Source: Monocercomonoides exilis PA203 (lineage: Eukaryota; Protista; Preaxostyla). Taken from it: 64,000 bases of DNA. The stretch covers positions 496,001-560,000 of the forward strand of contig LSRY02000053.1 of assembly GCA_001643675.2 (NCBI GenBank), given 5' to 3'. Position 1 is the stretch's first letter, and every line of letters starts with the position of its first letter. Below, one piece after another: positions 23,908-37,212 of the stretch. The notes under the pieces were generated by a model. That model was not told the DNA's origin, ran no database searches, and saw nothing but the letters and a program-made list of their open reading frames with translations. Made by a program: the position numbers and the translations under genes.

Positions 23908-26031
23908 ATGTCATTTGTTGGGGATGATTTTTGGGCAGAAACTGGAATATTTTCATATATTCCAGTTCCCCAGATATTTTTATTGACTTCTCCGAAAGTT
24001 AACAAAATTTGTGCAAGGACTAATTTGACTTTTAAGCAACTATTGGATCCATTTCGCGTTTTGAATACAACATGTTTGCACTCTTTTGCCTAATATTTTT
24101 TTTTTTTTTTTTGTAAAACATTCTTTTTCTTATCTCTTTCAAACGGTTTATTTTTAAACTATTTTGAAACATGGTTAACGTCAAAGTGGATATAAAGATT
24201 AAAGATGAACAATATAAAGTTTCAGAATTTCGCGTTCAATATGTCACATATTCTGATTTGAAACATCTTGAGTCAGTTTGAATTTTTAAGTTCCATTTAA
24301 CATTTCTTTAATGAGTTTTCAATATTTGTACAATAATTTTCAATTTTCTACAGGATGAATCATTTGAAAACGCGATTCACAAGCGCATGGAAATGCACTC
24401 TCCTTCACTTCCGGTCATTTTTTCAGGAACATACGAGACTGATCTTACAAACGGAAATATACCACTTTTTCCTTCTCATAAACATATTCATTCTCCTTGG
24501 TTTGACGATTCAATGAAGCTTGTTTTGCGTGCTGCAATGATGACGAACTATTCAACTTTGTATCACCATGTTGGTGCAATAATTGCAGTTAGCTCAAGAG
24601 AAGATGATGTTCCATCAGCTTTTCGCCAACTGTTGGACGAGTTGAACGTTTGCCTGTTTTTCTACCCACACAATTTGCATAAGAATTTTTCTTGTTGATT
24701 CTTTCATATGCTCCAATTTTAATTATTTATTAACCAAAAATGAATTATTTTCAATTCAAATATCAGAATCTTCGTCCAATATCCATTCAGGGATGCACTT
24801 CACATCAAGACGCGCCTGTTCTGTTACTTATAGTACACGATGCAAGCGCCTGCGCTCCGCAATCAAGTGCCGAATCGTCAGATTTCGCCTCATCTGCTCC
24901 TGGCTCAGGGGAATACCAAGATGCGCCGAATCTCGACTATCTATTGGCTGAAGCAGATTCCTTGTTCAGCCGCCCTGTTTATGCCCTCACCATCAATTCC
25001 CGCAATGCTGTTGCTTATTCAGCCCCCAAGCCCACCAGCCAACCACCCGCACCGAAGCCAACTACAGCAGCAACCGCTCTTCCTCGCCCGAGTGCTCTGC
25101 AAGCTGTGTCTTCAGCCACTTTTGTTGCAGACCAGACAAACGCTTCTTTGTTTGGCAGCAGAGATCCGTCTGCAGGCAGAGCACAGCAGGGAAACACTCA
25201 GCAGATGTTCGACACAACATCGAGTGACGACATCTCATTCTTCGACCAGCAGTTTTCGACTCCGCCTTTGCCTTCTTCTTCTTCAATTTCTTCTTCTTCC
25301 TCGCCTTTTTCTTCAAACACTTCGATATCTGCATTCGGAAACAGTGAGCTTATCCCTCAAATCAAACCATTGAGGCAATCTCCAATCAACAAAACAACAA
25401 CAACAACAACTTCTTCATCATCTCCTTCTTCTCTTTCTTCTTCTTCTTCTTCTTCTTCCAATCCGCCTCGAATGCCTCCCAACCCTTCCTCCAATCGATA
25501 TGCCAGGCAGACGCAGCTGCTCGCCCAGCGCTTTGGCTCCTTCCGCGCCACACGCCACTCGTCCAACCTTCTTTCTGCGCCTCTCCATTCAAACGTCGCC
25601 TCGCTGCCCATCCACAACTGCATCGACATCTGCATTGAACAGCCAACTGCTTCTTCATCCTCTTCTTCTTTCTTGTCTTCTTCGACTTCTTCAACATCGT
25701 TTGCGGAGCCTGCTGCAAGAGGATCGATGGCCCCACCTCAGCTCACACTGAATCCGCTCACTCGCTCCACTTTTGTTCCTCCTCCTCCTCCTCCTCCGCC
25801 TCCTCCTCAGCGCAAAGCACCTTCTTTGCCTTCTTCCTCTTCCTCTTCCTCTTCTTCCTCTTCTTCTCTCTCTTCCTCTGCTTCCACAGGCTCCTTCACC
25901 CAGTTTCAGTCCCAAAGCAATCCTTCGATGCAGTCACAGACACAACTCCAGGCGCATCCTCGTCCTCACGTCGCTTCCATCTTCAACAATCCATATTTCT
26001 CCACAACTTCCTCTGAATCTGAAGGAATGCC

Positions 26032-26079
<48 letters not shown>

Positions 26080-26727
26080 TTCTTCTTCTTCTTCTTCGTA
26101 TTTCCAGTCTGATTCTTCTTCTTCTTCTTCTTCATTTTCATCAGATGTTCAGTCATCCAACACACTTTCTCCTTCATTCAAAGGCTCCTTTTCTTCTTCT
26201 TCCTCTTTCAAGTCTTCTTATCCTCTTTCTGAACCGCTTCCTTCTGTTTCTCTGGTTTATTCTCCACAGCCATCTGCTGAATCTTCACCAAATATTCCGT
26301 CTGCCTTTGATTCTTCATCAAATTCTTCTTCCTCTTCCTCTTCCTCTTCTTCCTCCTCCTCCTCCAAACCAGCCATTCTTCTCTCTGAAGCCGATGTCAA
26401 CAGCACCCACCGCTTTGTGATGCAGTTTCTGTCTTGTTTTGTGCTGCCTTATTTGTCCTCTGAAATCACCCGCCTCAAAACTGGGCTGACGAGCAAAGGA
26501 GTGTTTGGAATTTTTTCCTCCAAAAAGAAGATGAAGAAGTATCCAGAAGGAACAAGAAAGTTTGATTTTTAATCTGAAAAAAATATTTTTGGATTTCATT
26601 TTTTTTGCTTTTATTTGTTCTGAACATTTTATGATTCATTCATCAATACGATACTATTATGATTGCTATAAACATTTGTCATTTCTGATTAATTTTCATT
26701 TCTATCTTTCTCATTCCTCTCTCTCTC

Positions 26728-26792
<65 letters not shown>

Positions 26793-29700
26793 CTCTCTCT
26801 CTTTCTCTCATTCATTCATTCATTCTTTCTTTCTCTCCCTTTCTCTCTTTCATTCATCCTCTTTCTGTTTTATCCCCCCCCCCCCCAACCCTTCATCAGC
26901 ATTGCGCCAACCAGCGAAGAGATCTCTCGTCTGCGGCAGGCCGATCTCTGTCTCCTTCTCAACCTTCCTTCAGCAGCCCTTCCGCTCTACCGCGGGCTGC
27001 AGAAGGAGTTCTTTGAAGCGAATCTGCTGCTCCACTCCGCATTCACCAACATCTGCATCGCCCTCTGCCACTTCGCCAACACTTCGCTGAAGGACAGAGA
27101 GAAGAAGCTGCCAAAGGCCATCGTGAGGATCCAGAACGGGGTCGCCTTCTTTGCAAGAGAGCTCGAAAAAGTCAACAGCGAAATCATTGCAGCACAAGGG
27201 AATGCATCGCAGGGGGTGTTTCTGTCTCTTCCCCCGCCTCCTCCTTCCTCTTCCTCTTCTTCCTCTTCTTCTGATTCCACATTCGAAATCAAAGCAGACT
27301 ACTCCTATGGCCCGCAGCCCACCAGCAATGCCGGCCTCACTTCAGACGCTGCCTACACCGGAAGCCCGCAAAACTCGCTTTTCTACTGCAGCCGCCTCTC
27401 TCTTCGGATGATCGTCTTCTATTTCTCTCTCTTTGTCGCTCGGGAGGTGCAGTCGCAGAGCCGGACGAAGTTTCGTGGGGTGCTTGCAGATGCAGTGAGA
27501 CTAGATGCGCATTTGTATGCGCTGAACACAGGAAAAGTGGCGAAACAAGGAAGTTTTGGTGATTTTGGGTTTGGTTACGGGCAGATGAATGCGATTTCTG
27601 CTTCTTCTGCGGCTTCTGCTTCTACGGCGATGGCAGCACAGAAGCCAGTTATGCTGCAGTCTTCGCCGCTTCTTCCGCTTTCATCGTATTTGCTGAACAC
27701 GCCACACACAAACATCACAGACACACTCACCGTCTTCAACCCCATCCTCACCCCGCCTCTTCAGCCTCTTCCTTCTTCTTCCTCTCCTTCTTCTTCCCCT
27801 CTTCTTTCTTCTTCCTCTTCTTCTTCTCCTTTCTATTCTTCTTCTCCAACTGCTTCGTATTATGGCCCTATGCGCGCATCTGCACTGGCTTCTGCTTCTT
27901 CTGCCTCTTCTGCCTCTCCTCGAATGCCTCCTGCCCTCACCTCAAACCCACTAAGTTCTCCAAACACAAACAGAGCCAATATTCCAGTCGGCCAGCCGTC
28001 GCCTTTGAAATCACAGCAAACTTCACCCATTTCTCGTTCTTCTCCAACTTCTTCTTCTTCTTCCTCCTCCTCTTCCTCCTTCTCCTCCTCATCTTATTCT
28101 TCTTCTCTTGTCTCTCTCGCCACACTCATCTGCCTCCAGCAGCTGTCCGTCCACCTCAACAACCGCCGGCGTTTCTGTGCTGTCACCTTCGCCCTCGCCT
28201 CCCACTTCGCCCAGAAAGAGCTGCCACTCCATTCGCTCTATTCCATCTTCCTCATCCGCTCTGCCCTTTCCTCCTCTTCTCCCCACCGAAGTGTCATTGA
28301 AACCTCCTTCGACGAAGCACTCACGCCGTCTGCTCAGAACCTCCTCTCGACCACAACCGCCTCTTCTCTCGCTGCGCTGAAGGCTGCCTCGCCCACCCCT
28401 TCACCTTCTCCCTCTTCTTCTCCCTCGTTTTCTCCCTCTGCCTCCATGTTCTTCTCCACTCCTTCTGCTTCTCCTGCTTTCTCTCCGTCTTATTCGTTTG
28501 TCTCACCTTCTCCTCAGCCATTTCTGAATGCCTTGACTCCACCTGTAACAATTGCGGTTCCTTTCTTTTTGCCTTCTTCTTCCTCATCTTCGCTGACTTC
28601 TCCTCTTCCTGCACTTCTCTTCAATTCGCTTTCGTTTCTCTTTCCTTTCGCTTCGAGACAACATTCTTCATCATCATTAGCATCATCGTCATCTTCTTCT
28701 TCCTCATCATCTTCAAATGTTTGGGATGCACTTGAATTCCCTCTTCGTCTTTCTCTCTCCAAACTCCTCTTCTCTCTCAAGCGCTATCGTCTGGCTGAAG
28801 TCTCTTTTCTTTCTCTGCTTTGCCTTTCGCCTTCTGTTTTGTGCTCTTCAAAAAGGCTGTTTGAAAAAACCCTCTCAGACTTCTTCCACGTCAGCTATCA
28901 GTGCGATCTGCTGGCTTCGTATGCAGAGAAGGAAGAGAAGGAGAAGGAGAAAGAGAGAGAAAGAGAAAGAGAGAAAGAGAGAGAAAAAGCCAGACTGGCT
29001 GAAGCGACAGGGGAAACAGATTATTTCCGCTTTGGTTCTGATGAATATTCTACTCGTTCGCAGTCAATCGACAGCTTCTCTTCTCTTTCACAAGACATCA
29101 GCACTCGCCACGAGCAGACTGAACAGCAGCAACAATCAGCACAGCCAAACATCATCCACACTCCTCTTCCATTTCGAGTGAGGGTGTCTCTTCCGTTTCC
29201 AGTTGTGGTTGACTCGTCATTCCGTGTTGTCACGCCACACATGCTGCGACTGATGAAGTTGACGAATCAGCTGAGATTTGGATCATTGGTGCATAAGAGA
29301 AGAGGAGGAAGAGAGAAAGGAAGAGGAAGAGGAAGAGGAGGAAGAGGAGAATTTGGAGGAGAAGGAGAAGGAGAAGGAAGGTTGGGGATGGGGATGAATG
29401 GAGAAGAGAGAAGAGGAGGAGGCAAAGATGACTTTTATGATGAGTGGAATGTGATTGTGGATGGGCGAGGGATTAGCAAAAGAGGAGCGACGATTGAAGA
29501 GATCGACGAAGACAGCGAGGGAAGCGGAAGTTGCAGCGACAGCTCAGAAATCAGAGAGCTTTTGGAGGAATATGGGCAAGACAGCCCAGTTGGAATGGGA
29601 GAAGACAGAGGAACTAAGAGGAGGAGATTGAAGAGGAGGAAGAAATGTGCTTATCCTTCTTCATTTCCTGCTGTGTATATTTCATCATCATCGCCTATTA

Positions 29701-32700
29701 GACAGCTGCTTGGAGAAGATCAACCTTCTCATTCTTCTTCCTCTGCCTCTTCTTCTTCTTCTTCTCTTTCTGCTGCTGCATCCACCCTTTCCTTCCTGGC
29801 TGAGTGGAAGAGCGTCGACCAAGTGTTACGTCGCTTCTCTTTGAAAGCGCTGTCACAGACAGAAAACGACAGAATCGCCTCGTATGCTCCTTCTGCCTTG
29901 TCATTTGGATCACAATCAGCAGAAGTGGAAGAATGGATAACGCGACAGTCTGATCTGTCACCTTATTCGTCATCTGCTTCCTCTTCTTCCTCTTCCTCTT
30001 CTTCTTCTTCACAACAGCTGACTTCTCTCAACAAGCAGACTGGCCCTTCTGCTGTGCCCACACCTGTTTTGTCGACTTCTCCACTGACGGCGTCGCTCAT
30101 CCAGTCGCCTTTCTCTCATCACTCTGCCATTTCTCCTTCATCATCATCATCATCATCTGCTTCTTCAGCTTCTTCTTCCTCTTCCTTTGGAACAGCTGGA
30201 GATCTGATCATTCGAAGACCTTCTGTCTCTTCTCCTTCTTCCTCCTCCTCTTCATCTTCCTCTTCTTCTTCATCCCAACAGTCCCAACTCTCTCTCTCTT
30301 CGCAGCGTCCGAGCGAAGACGAGCAGAAGCGCATGGTCATCGAAGGGATTAAGCAGCAGATGTCGGTGGAGGCCAAAGCGAAGCCCGAGGAAGTGCGAAG
30401 GGATGTTGTGGAAGGCGAAGACTTGTTTGTCTTTGTTGATGTTAGTAACCCCACATGCGCTGCTCTTCCGCTGTCGAATGTCACACTCACGTTCTCCTTC
30501 AGCACAGTTGATCCACTTGTGGATAGAGATAATAGTGCATCATCATCACCATCATTATCAAGTACTTCTGCTTCTGTTGCACCTAAAGTTGTGTCTGTTG
30601 CTTCTCGTTCCATTTCATCATCATCATCATCATCTTCTTCTTCATCGTCTGCTTCTTCTCCATCAAATACAACCTCTTCTTATTCTTCCTCCTCCTCGTC
30701 CTATCGTTTTGTCGACTGCGACGTTCACAACTTCCTCCTCCAGCCCTTCACAACTGTCTCTCTTCTCTTCACAGTCACTCCGCTTGCTGCTGGTTTCCTC
30801 GCCATCACAGGAGTATCTTGGTCGATGCACAACCCAGCCAATCCGAAGTCGTTTATGTCACTTTTGAATGAAAAGACACAAGAAAGAGAGCGAATGAAGG
30901 AGAAGTTCGATACAACAAGACGGGGGAGCACTTCAACTGAAGGAGAAGGGACGGGGAAATCAGTTTCTCCGCTGTCTTCCTCTTGTTCTCCTCAGCTTCC
31001 TCTTCCTTCTTCACCTTCTTCTTCTTCTTCTTCCTCCTCCTCATCTTCTTCTCAGTTTCTTCTCTCCTCTCCTCTTGCACGAACAACATCCACCCCATCC
31101 AAATCCCATTCGTCTGCTTTGTTCTCCAACTACACCATCCCTTGCTTCCATCCTCTTTCTCTGTCTGGCTCCCGACTCCACCACAACCGCGCCTCCATCC
31201 AGAACCAGCTGCACGCCCCCAACAGAATGAACATGTTTCGTGTTATTTCTCCTCTGCCTCTTCTGTCGCTGTCTGTGGAGAATGCGCCGAGTGTGCTGCT
31301 GTGTGGAGAGCAGTGGCAGAGCGCGGTGCTGAGGATAACAAACAGAGGCCCAGTGGCAGCAGGGCAGGTGCATCTGGTGCACGACGGGAGAGAGGCAGTG
31401 GTGGTGGATGTGTTTGGGCTGAGGAGAGGAGGAGTTGGAGTTGGAGTTGGAGTTGGGATGGGAGATGGGGTGAATGAGGGAGAAAGAGAAAGAGAAAGAG
31501 AAAGAGAAGGAAGAAGAGGAAGAGGAAGAGAAGAGAATGAAAGGGAGGAAGAGAAGGAGAGGAGAAGAAACCCAGATGCTGTTATTGATAATTCCAAAGG
31601 GGATGAACAGAAAAGAGGCAAAGATGAAGCAGATAATGAATCACAAGTACCACAATTGTTGGGACAAGGAGAGAGAGAAGAAAATGAGAAGAAGAGGCGA
31701 GGAAGTTCAGGTAAAGTGAGAGAAGCCAATGGAGAAGAAGAAGAGGAAGGAGAAGAAGAAGAGGACAGAAACAGCGGAGAGATGGATGAAGAACAAGAGC
31801 TGTTTGATTCAGGCGATTCAATAAGAAATCCTTTGATTTCGCGAAGAAGAGACAAAAATTCATCTTTGGCAACTGCAACATCTTCTTCTTCTTCCATTCC
31901 TTCCTCGTTTCCCATCAGAAGCAGAGCTTATTCTCCGCCTCGCATTCCTCTTCGGCAGTCGTTTTTGACTGCTTCTTCTTCAAATCTGTCAGCTTCTGCA
32001 CTCCATTCCATTCTCTTCTCTTCTCTTCTCCCTGTCTTCTCTATTTCTTGGTCTTCAGATTATTCTTCTTATTTTGGCAATGTTACTCATTCGCCAATTG
32101 TCAGTTCTTCTCCTTTATCCCCTTCTTCTTCTTCATTATCTCCTTCTTCATCTCCATTGTTTTCTTCTTCTTCCTCTTCTTCTTCTTCCTCCTCTTCTTC
32201 TTTCTCTCAAAACACCTCTGCCTTCCTCTCAAACTATTGCTCTTCTCTTCTTCCTCTGACTTCTCTTTTCACTGGCTTCAAATACGGTTTCAGTTGCGAT
32301 GAAGAAGAAAGAAGCGACGAGAAAAATGCCTCAAAAGATGAGAATTTACAGAAGAACACGAATGACAGAGGAAGAAGGCTTTTCAATGGAATTGTGGTCA
32401 GCAGAGGTGGAGCAGCTGTTTTAGACCCGAAAATGCCGTTTGGAGCGAACGCTGCTTCGAATCAGGCGGATATTTCGAGTGCCATTTGGAGTGGCGATGT
32501 TTCGTCACTTGCTCGTTTTGCGCCTTCTTCTTCGCTTTCGTCTTCTTTTTCTCCTTCTCCTTCTTCTTCGCTTTCTTCTTATTCAACTTTCTCTTCTCGT
32601 TTATCAACTCCTCTTTCGATTCTTGTTCCTTCCTCCTCTTCTGATACTCAAAATAGCACTCTTTCTCCTTCTTCTCCTTCCTCCCCCTCTTCTTCATCTT

Positions 32701-34052
32701 TCTCTTCTTCTTCCTCCTCCTCCTCTTCTTCTCTCCCCATCTCCATGCGTCCTCTCCTTCCTCTCTCTTATCTTCATCCTCTTGTTCGCTCTTTATGGGC
32801 TGAGTGGTGGGCTGTTCAGGGATTCTGTGCACCTTCTTTCTTCCTCTTCAAAGACAATCTCCAAAACGAGAGAGGAAGAGAAAAAGAGAGGCAGTTTTTG
32901 TATTCAAAACAGCTTTCATCGTCTTTCTCGACTTCGACAGGAAAACGTGCTGTGCAATCACATCCTTCTCCATTAACATCTTCATCATCTTCTTCTTCTT
33001 CATATTCCTCTATTAACCCCCATCTCCCCAGCTCAACCTCTTCCTTAAGCCAAGTGTCCTCTTCCCTTCTTTCGATGTCTTCACCTTTCGTTCTGAATGT
33101 GAAGGATTCTGACATCACCCTCATCTCCTTCTCAAACGCTGCCTCTGCCGTCGCTTCTCTCTCTCGCTCTCTTTCAAACAGCGCTAATTCTTCGCTTTCT
33201 GCTGCTTCTGCTTCATCTGCTAATGATTTCATTGGTTCATCATCATCGTCATCGTCTTCTTCTTCTTCTCTTCCAAATGGAAATGGAGGCATAGGCAACT
33301 TATCTTCTTCTCCGTTGCATCATTCTTCTCTCTCTCACCAGAATCCTCTTTCTCTCCTTTCCACATCGCTTTCTTCGTCTTCTGCATCTTCTCTTCGCCC
33401 TTCTTTCTCTTCCACTGCTGCTGCAATGTCTTCTTCTTCTGCTTCTGCTTCTTCTGCTTCTTCCTCTTCTTCCAATCGCAACTCACTTATTTCTTCTCTT
33501 CTTCCTTCTCCTCTTTCTTCCTTCTCATCCTCCCTCTCTTCCTCTTCCTCTTCTTCTTCTCCTTCCTCCACTTTATCTGGCTTATCCCCTTCCTCTTCTG
33601 TTCTTTCTTCTTCCTCTTCCTCTTCTTCTCCTTCTCTCTCCTTCTCCACCACTCCCGTCACAGGCACCACTCCATCTGCTCCTCTTCCTCTTTCTTCTCC
33701 TTCTTCTCCTTCGCCTTTCATTGCTCTTCCTCCAAACGAACCTTTCTCTTTCTCCTCTTTCTTCCGCGATGCTGTCATCTACCCTGGTGAGTCTGTAATT
33801 GTTCCTCTCATCTTCCGTGGCACTTTCTCTTCTTCTTCTTCTTCTTCTTCTCTTTCTTCCTCTTCCTCTTCCTCTTCTTCCTCTTCTTCAAGCGACAAAC
33901 AACTCTTTTCGCTTCCTTCTTCGTCGGTTGAATTGACACAAACAGCGTCTTCTTCGCTTTCTGCGCAGCTTTCGAAAGATGTAGAGACGATGCAGCAGAT
34001 GGGAATCTGTTCATATTCAACTGCCATCTCTTCATCTGCTCCTCCTCCTTCA

Positions 34053-34084
<32 letters not shown>

Positions 34085-37000
34085 CTCTTCTTCTCATTCT
34101 GCTTTTCGAAGAGTCATTCACTTTGCTGTCAGCTACATCGACATCCCCACAAAAGACCAGAAAAACAGCCTGCCAACATCACCCACTGCTCCTCTCTCGC
34201 CTTCCTCCTCCTCCTCTTCTTCTTCTTCTCCTTTCAGTTCAAATCCTTTCTCTTCTTCTTCTTCCTCTTCCTCTTCCTCCTCATCCGCCTCCACCTTCTA
34301 CCGCCCTCTCCGCACCTTCCTCTCCTCAGGCACGTTGGATGCTGTGCCCTTTCGTGTGTCCCGCACTGTCCATTCGTTTGCTGTTATCCCATCTGTCTCA
34401 GCTGCTGCCACCCTCACCCGCTCAGCTGCCCACCCCTCTGACCTCATCCTGTCGCTCACGCTGAAGAACGAGACACTTTTCAGGCAGATTTGGAAGGAAA
34501 GCACAAAAAGAGGAGATGGAAGAGAAGGAAGAAGCAGAAGCAGAGAGGAGAAGAGAGGGAGAGAGAAGAGAGGGAGTGTTGGTAATGCGGAGTTTGCCAG
34601 CGGAAGAGGAGTGAATGTTCCTCAGAGGCCTTCGCTGCTCTATCAACAGGGCGCTCCTCTTACTGCACGAAATCGATCGTCTCTTTCGCTTTCTTCTTCT
34701 TCTTCTATTTCAACATCTCCTCCTCCTCCGCCGCCTTCTTCATCATCTTCATCATTTTCCTCCTCCTCTTCCTCTTCTTCTTCCCCTGTTATTCCAACCA
34801 CCACCGCCACACTCATCAGAATTCGACAGGTTTCTCTTCTCTCTCCAATTTATGGCCTTCTTCCGATTTCTTCCTCTTCTTCTGTTGGAGAAGATGATGT
34901 GGATGTAGATTCAATGAACGAGGCATTCGACAACAGATTCAGAAATTGCATTCACAACAAAAAGGGAAGAATGAATAAGAAGGAAGAGGAAGGAGAAGGA
35001 GAAGGAGAAGGAGAAGGAGAAGAAGAAGAAAGAGGGAATTTGAATGGAAGAGAAAGAGAAAGAGAAATAAGAAATGGACAATTGGAAAAAGGAAGAATAA
35101 ACAAAAGAGATGGATATTTGAATAACAAAATGATCATCAAAACTAATCCACCTAATTCTTCTTCTTTGGCTTCTTCTCCTTCTTCCAATCATTCTTCTTC
35201 TTCCTCTTTTTCTTCTGACCAATTAGATCTCCGTTCTTCATTTACTGAGCATCCAAGTGACATGTTTGTGCTTCAGCCGCAGCGTTCGACTCGTCTTTTG
35301 TTCCGTCTTTCGCTTCGATCCGCAAAACAAACAGCGAAAAGGCTGAAGAAGATGGCAGAAAGAGAAAAGAAGGAGGAGAAAAGAAGGAGAGAGAGAGAGG
35401 GAAAGGAAGAAGGAGAAGGAGAAGGAGAAGAGAAGAAGAATGAATTGGAAGAGCAGAGAGAAAGAGAAAGCGATGAAGAAGAACGAAATAGAAAAGAAGG
35501 AGAAAGAGAAGAAGAAAAGGAAAATAAAGAAGAAGAAGAAGAGGAGGAGGAGGAAGATGAAGATAGACCAACAGTTCTGATATCTTCACCTGCTCTCAAA
35601 AGAAAAACGGAAAAAGATGAAATTTCGCAAAAGCCAACTTCTTTCCGAAAGTCGAAGATGAAATCGAAACAATCTTCAAAATACAGAAAAGGCAAAAAAA
35701 ACAAAACAAATACGCTGAAAAGGAAGAGCAAAAAATTATCTTCTTCTTCTCATTCTTCCTCTCATCCTTCATCCAAACAGTTCAATCTGTTTGACACTTT
35801 GGATATGTTGTTTGATGGAGACGATGAGCCAGTTGGCTTGCTCTCTCCACTCTATTGCACTTCTGATTATCTTCTTTGTTCTTCTCATTCTCCTTCTTCC
35901 TCTTCCTCTTCTTCTTCCTCTCCTTCTTTTCCTTCCTCTTCCTTGTTCCCTCCTTCCTCCTTCTGCCCTCTTCATTCCTTCCCTTCTTTCACTTTCTTCT
36001 CAAACGAATACAAATACCACCAGCAGCTCCGCCTCAGCCAGGAAAAGCTGAAAGACAAAGAAAGAACAAGAAGAGAATCTTCTTCTTCTTCTTCTTCTTC
36101 CTCTCAGTTTTCTTCCAACAGAAGAGAAGAAGCCATTGGCGTGTTGAATGGCGAAGGTGGCTGGTTTGGCGGGGTGACTGAAGAAGACGAGAAGGAAATG
36201 CGAAGAAGAAAATCAGAAAGAGATGTGAGGAAAGCGAAGAGAGATTTGAAGATGTTTGCGTCTGCGACGAATGCGAATGCATTTGGAATGGGAAACAACC
36301 AAATATCTTCGCCTTCATCTTCCTCTTCCAATTCTTCTTCTTCTTCTTCATATTCATCATCATCAACAACAATGCAGAAGCGTAAGCACAGTTTATCTCC
36401 ACGCCATTCGCATTCCTCCACAATGGATGGAATTGGCAGCATTTCTCCGCTTTTTGCCACTCGTTCTTATCAAACTGCACAACAACAACAACAAAACATT
36501 CCTCTTTCGCCAACAAGAAAAGGAGATTTATTAGCTTCTCCTTCATCATCATCATCTTCTTCTTCCTCCTCTTCCTTCTCTTCTTCCTCTTCTTCATCTT
36601 CAATTTGTCTACGCCATCTGATTGCCAACAGCTGGCTTCCATCTCACTTGTCTTCGTTGTCTCGTGCTCAGCTTGTTGTCATGTGGGATGCTGTGACTAT
36701 TGAAACAACTGATCAATCTCTCTTTTCTTCTTCCTCTTCTTCCTCTTCCTCTTCATCTTCTTCCTTCTCTTCCTCTTTATCAGCTTCCTCTTCTTCCTCT
36801 TCTCTTTCTCATCATCAAACGACTCAACCTCCTCAATATCCTCCTCCTTCCAAACCACATTCATCGTCGTCGTCGTCGTCATCTTCTTCTTCTTCTTCCT
36901 CATCTTCTTCTTCTTCCAATCATTCTTCTCATTCAACCAGATCTTCTTCTTCTTCTCTCTCTCAACGAAGACTTTCTTCTCCTTCTTCTCGTTCGCTTGA

Positions 37001-37180
37001 TTTGTCTTCTCGTTCTCCTCTGATGTTAGCTCATACATCGCCTTATTCACCTTCTTCTTCTTCTTCTTCTTCTTCTTTCAATCGTTTGCCCTTCCGCATC
37101 ATCAGAAACTGCCAGGGACAAACTCATCTTTTCGATTTATCGTTTGCTTCTTCGTTTATTCCTCTGGTTTCATCATCATA

Positions 37181-37212
<32 letters not shown>
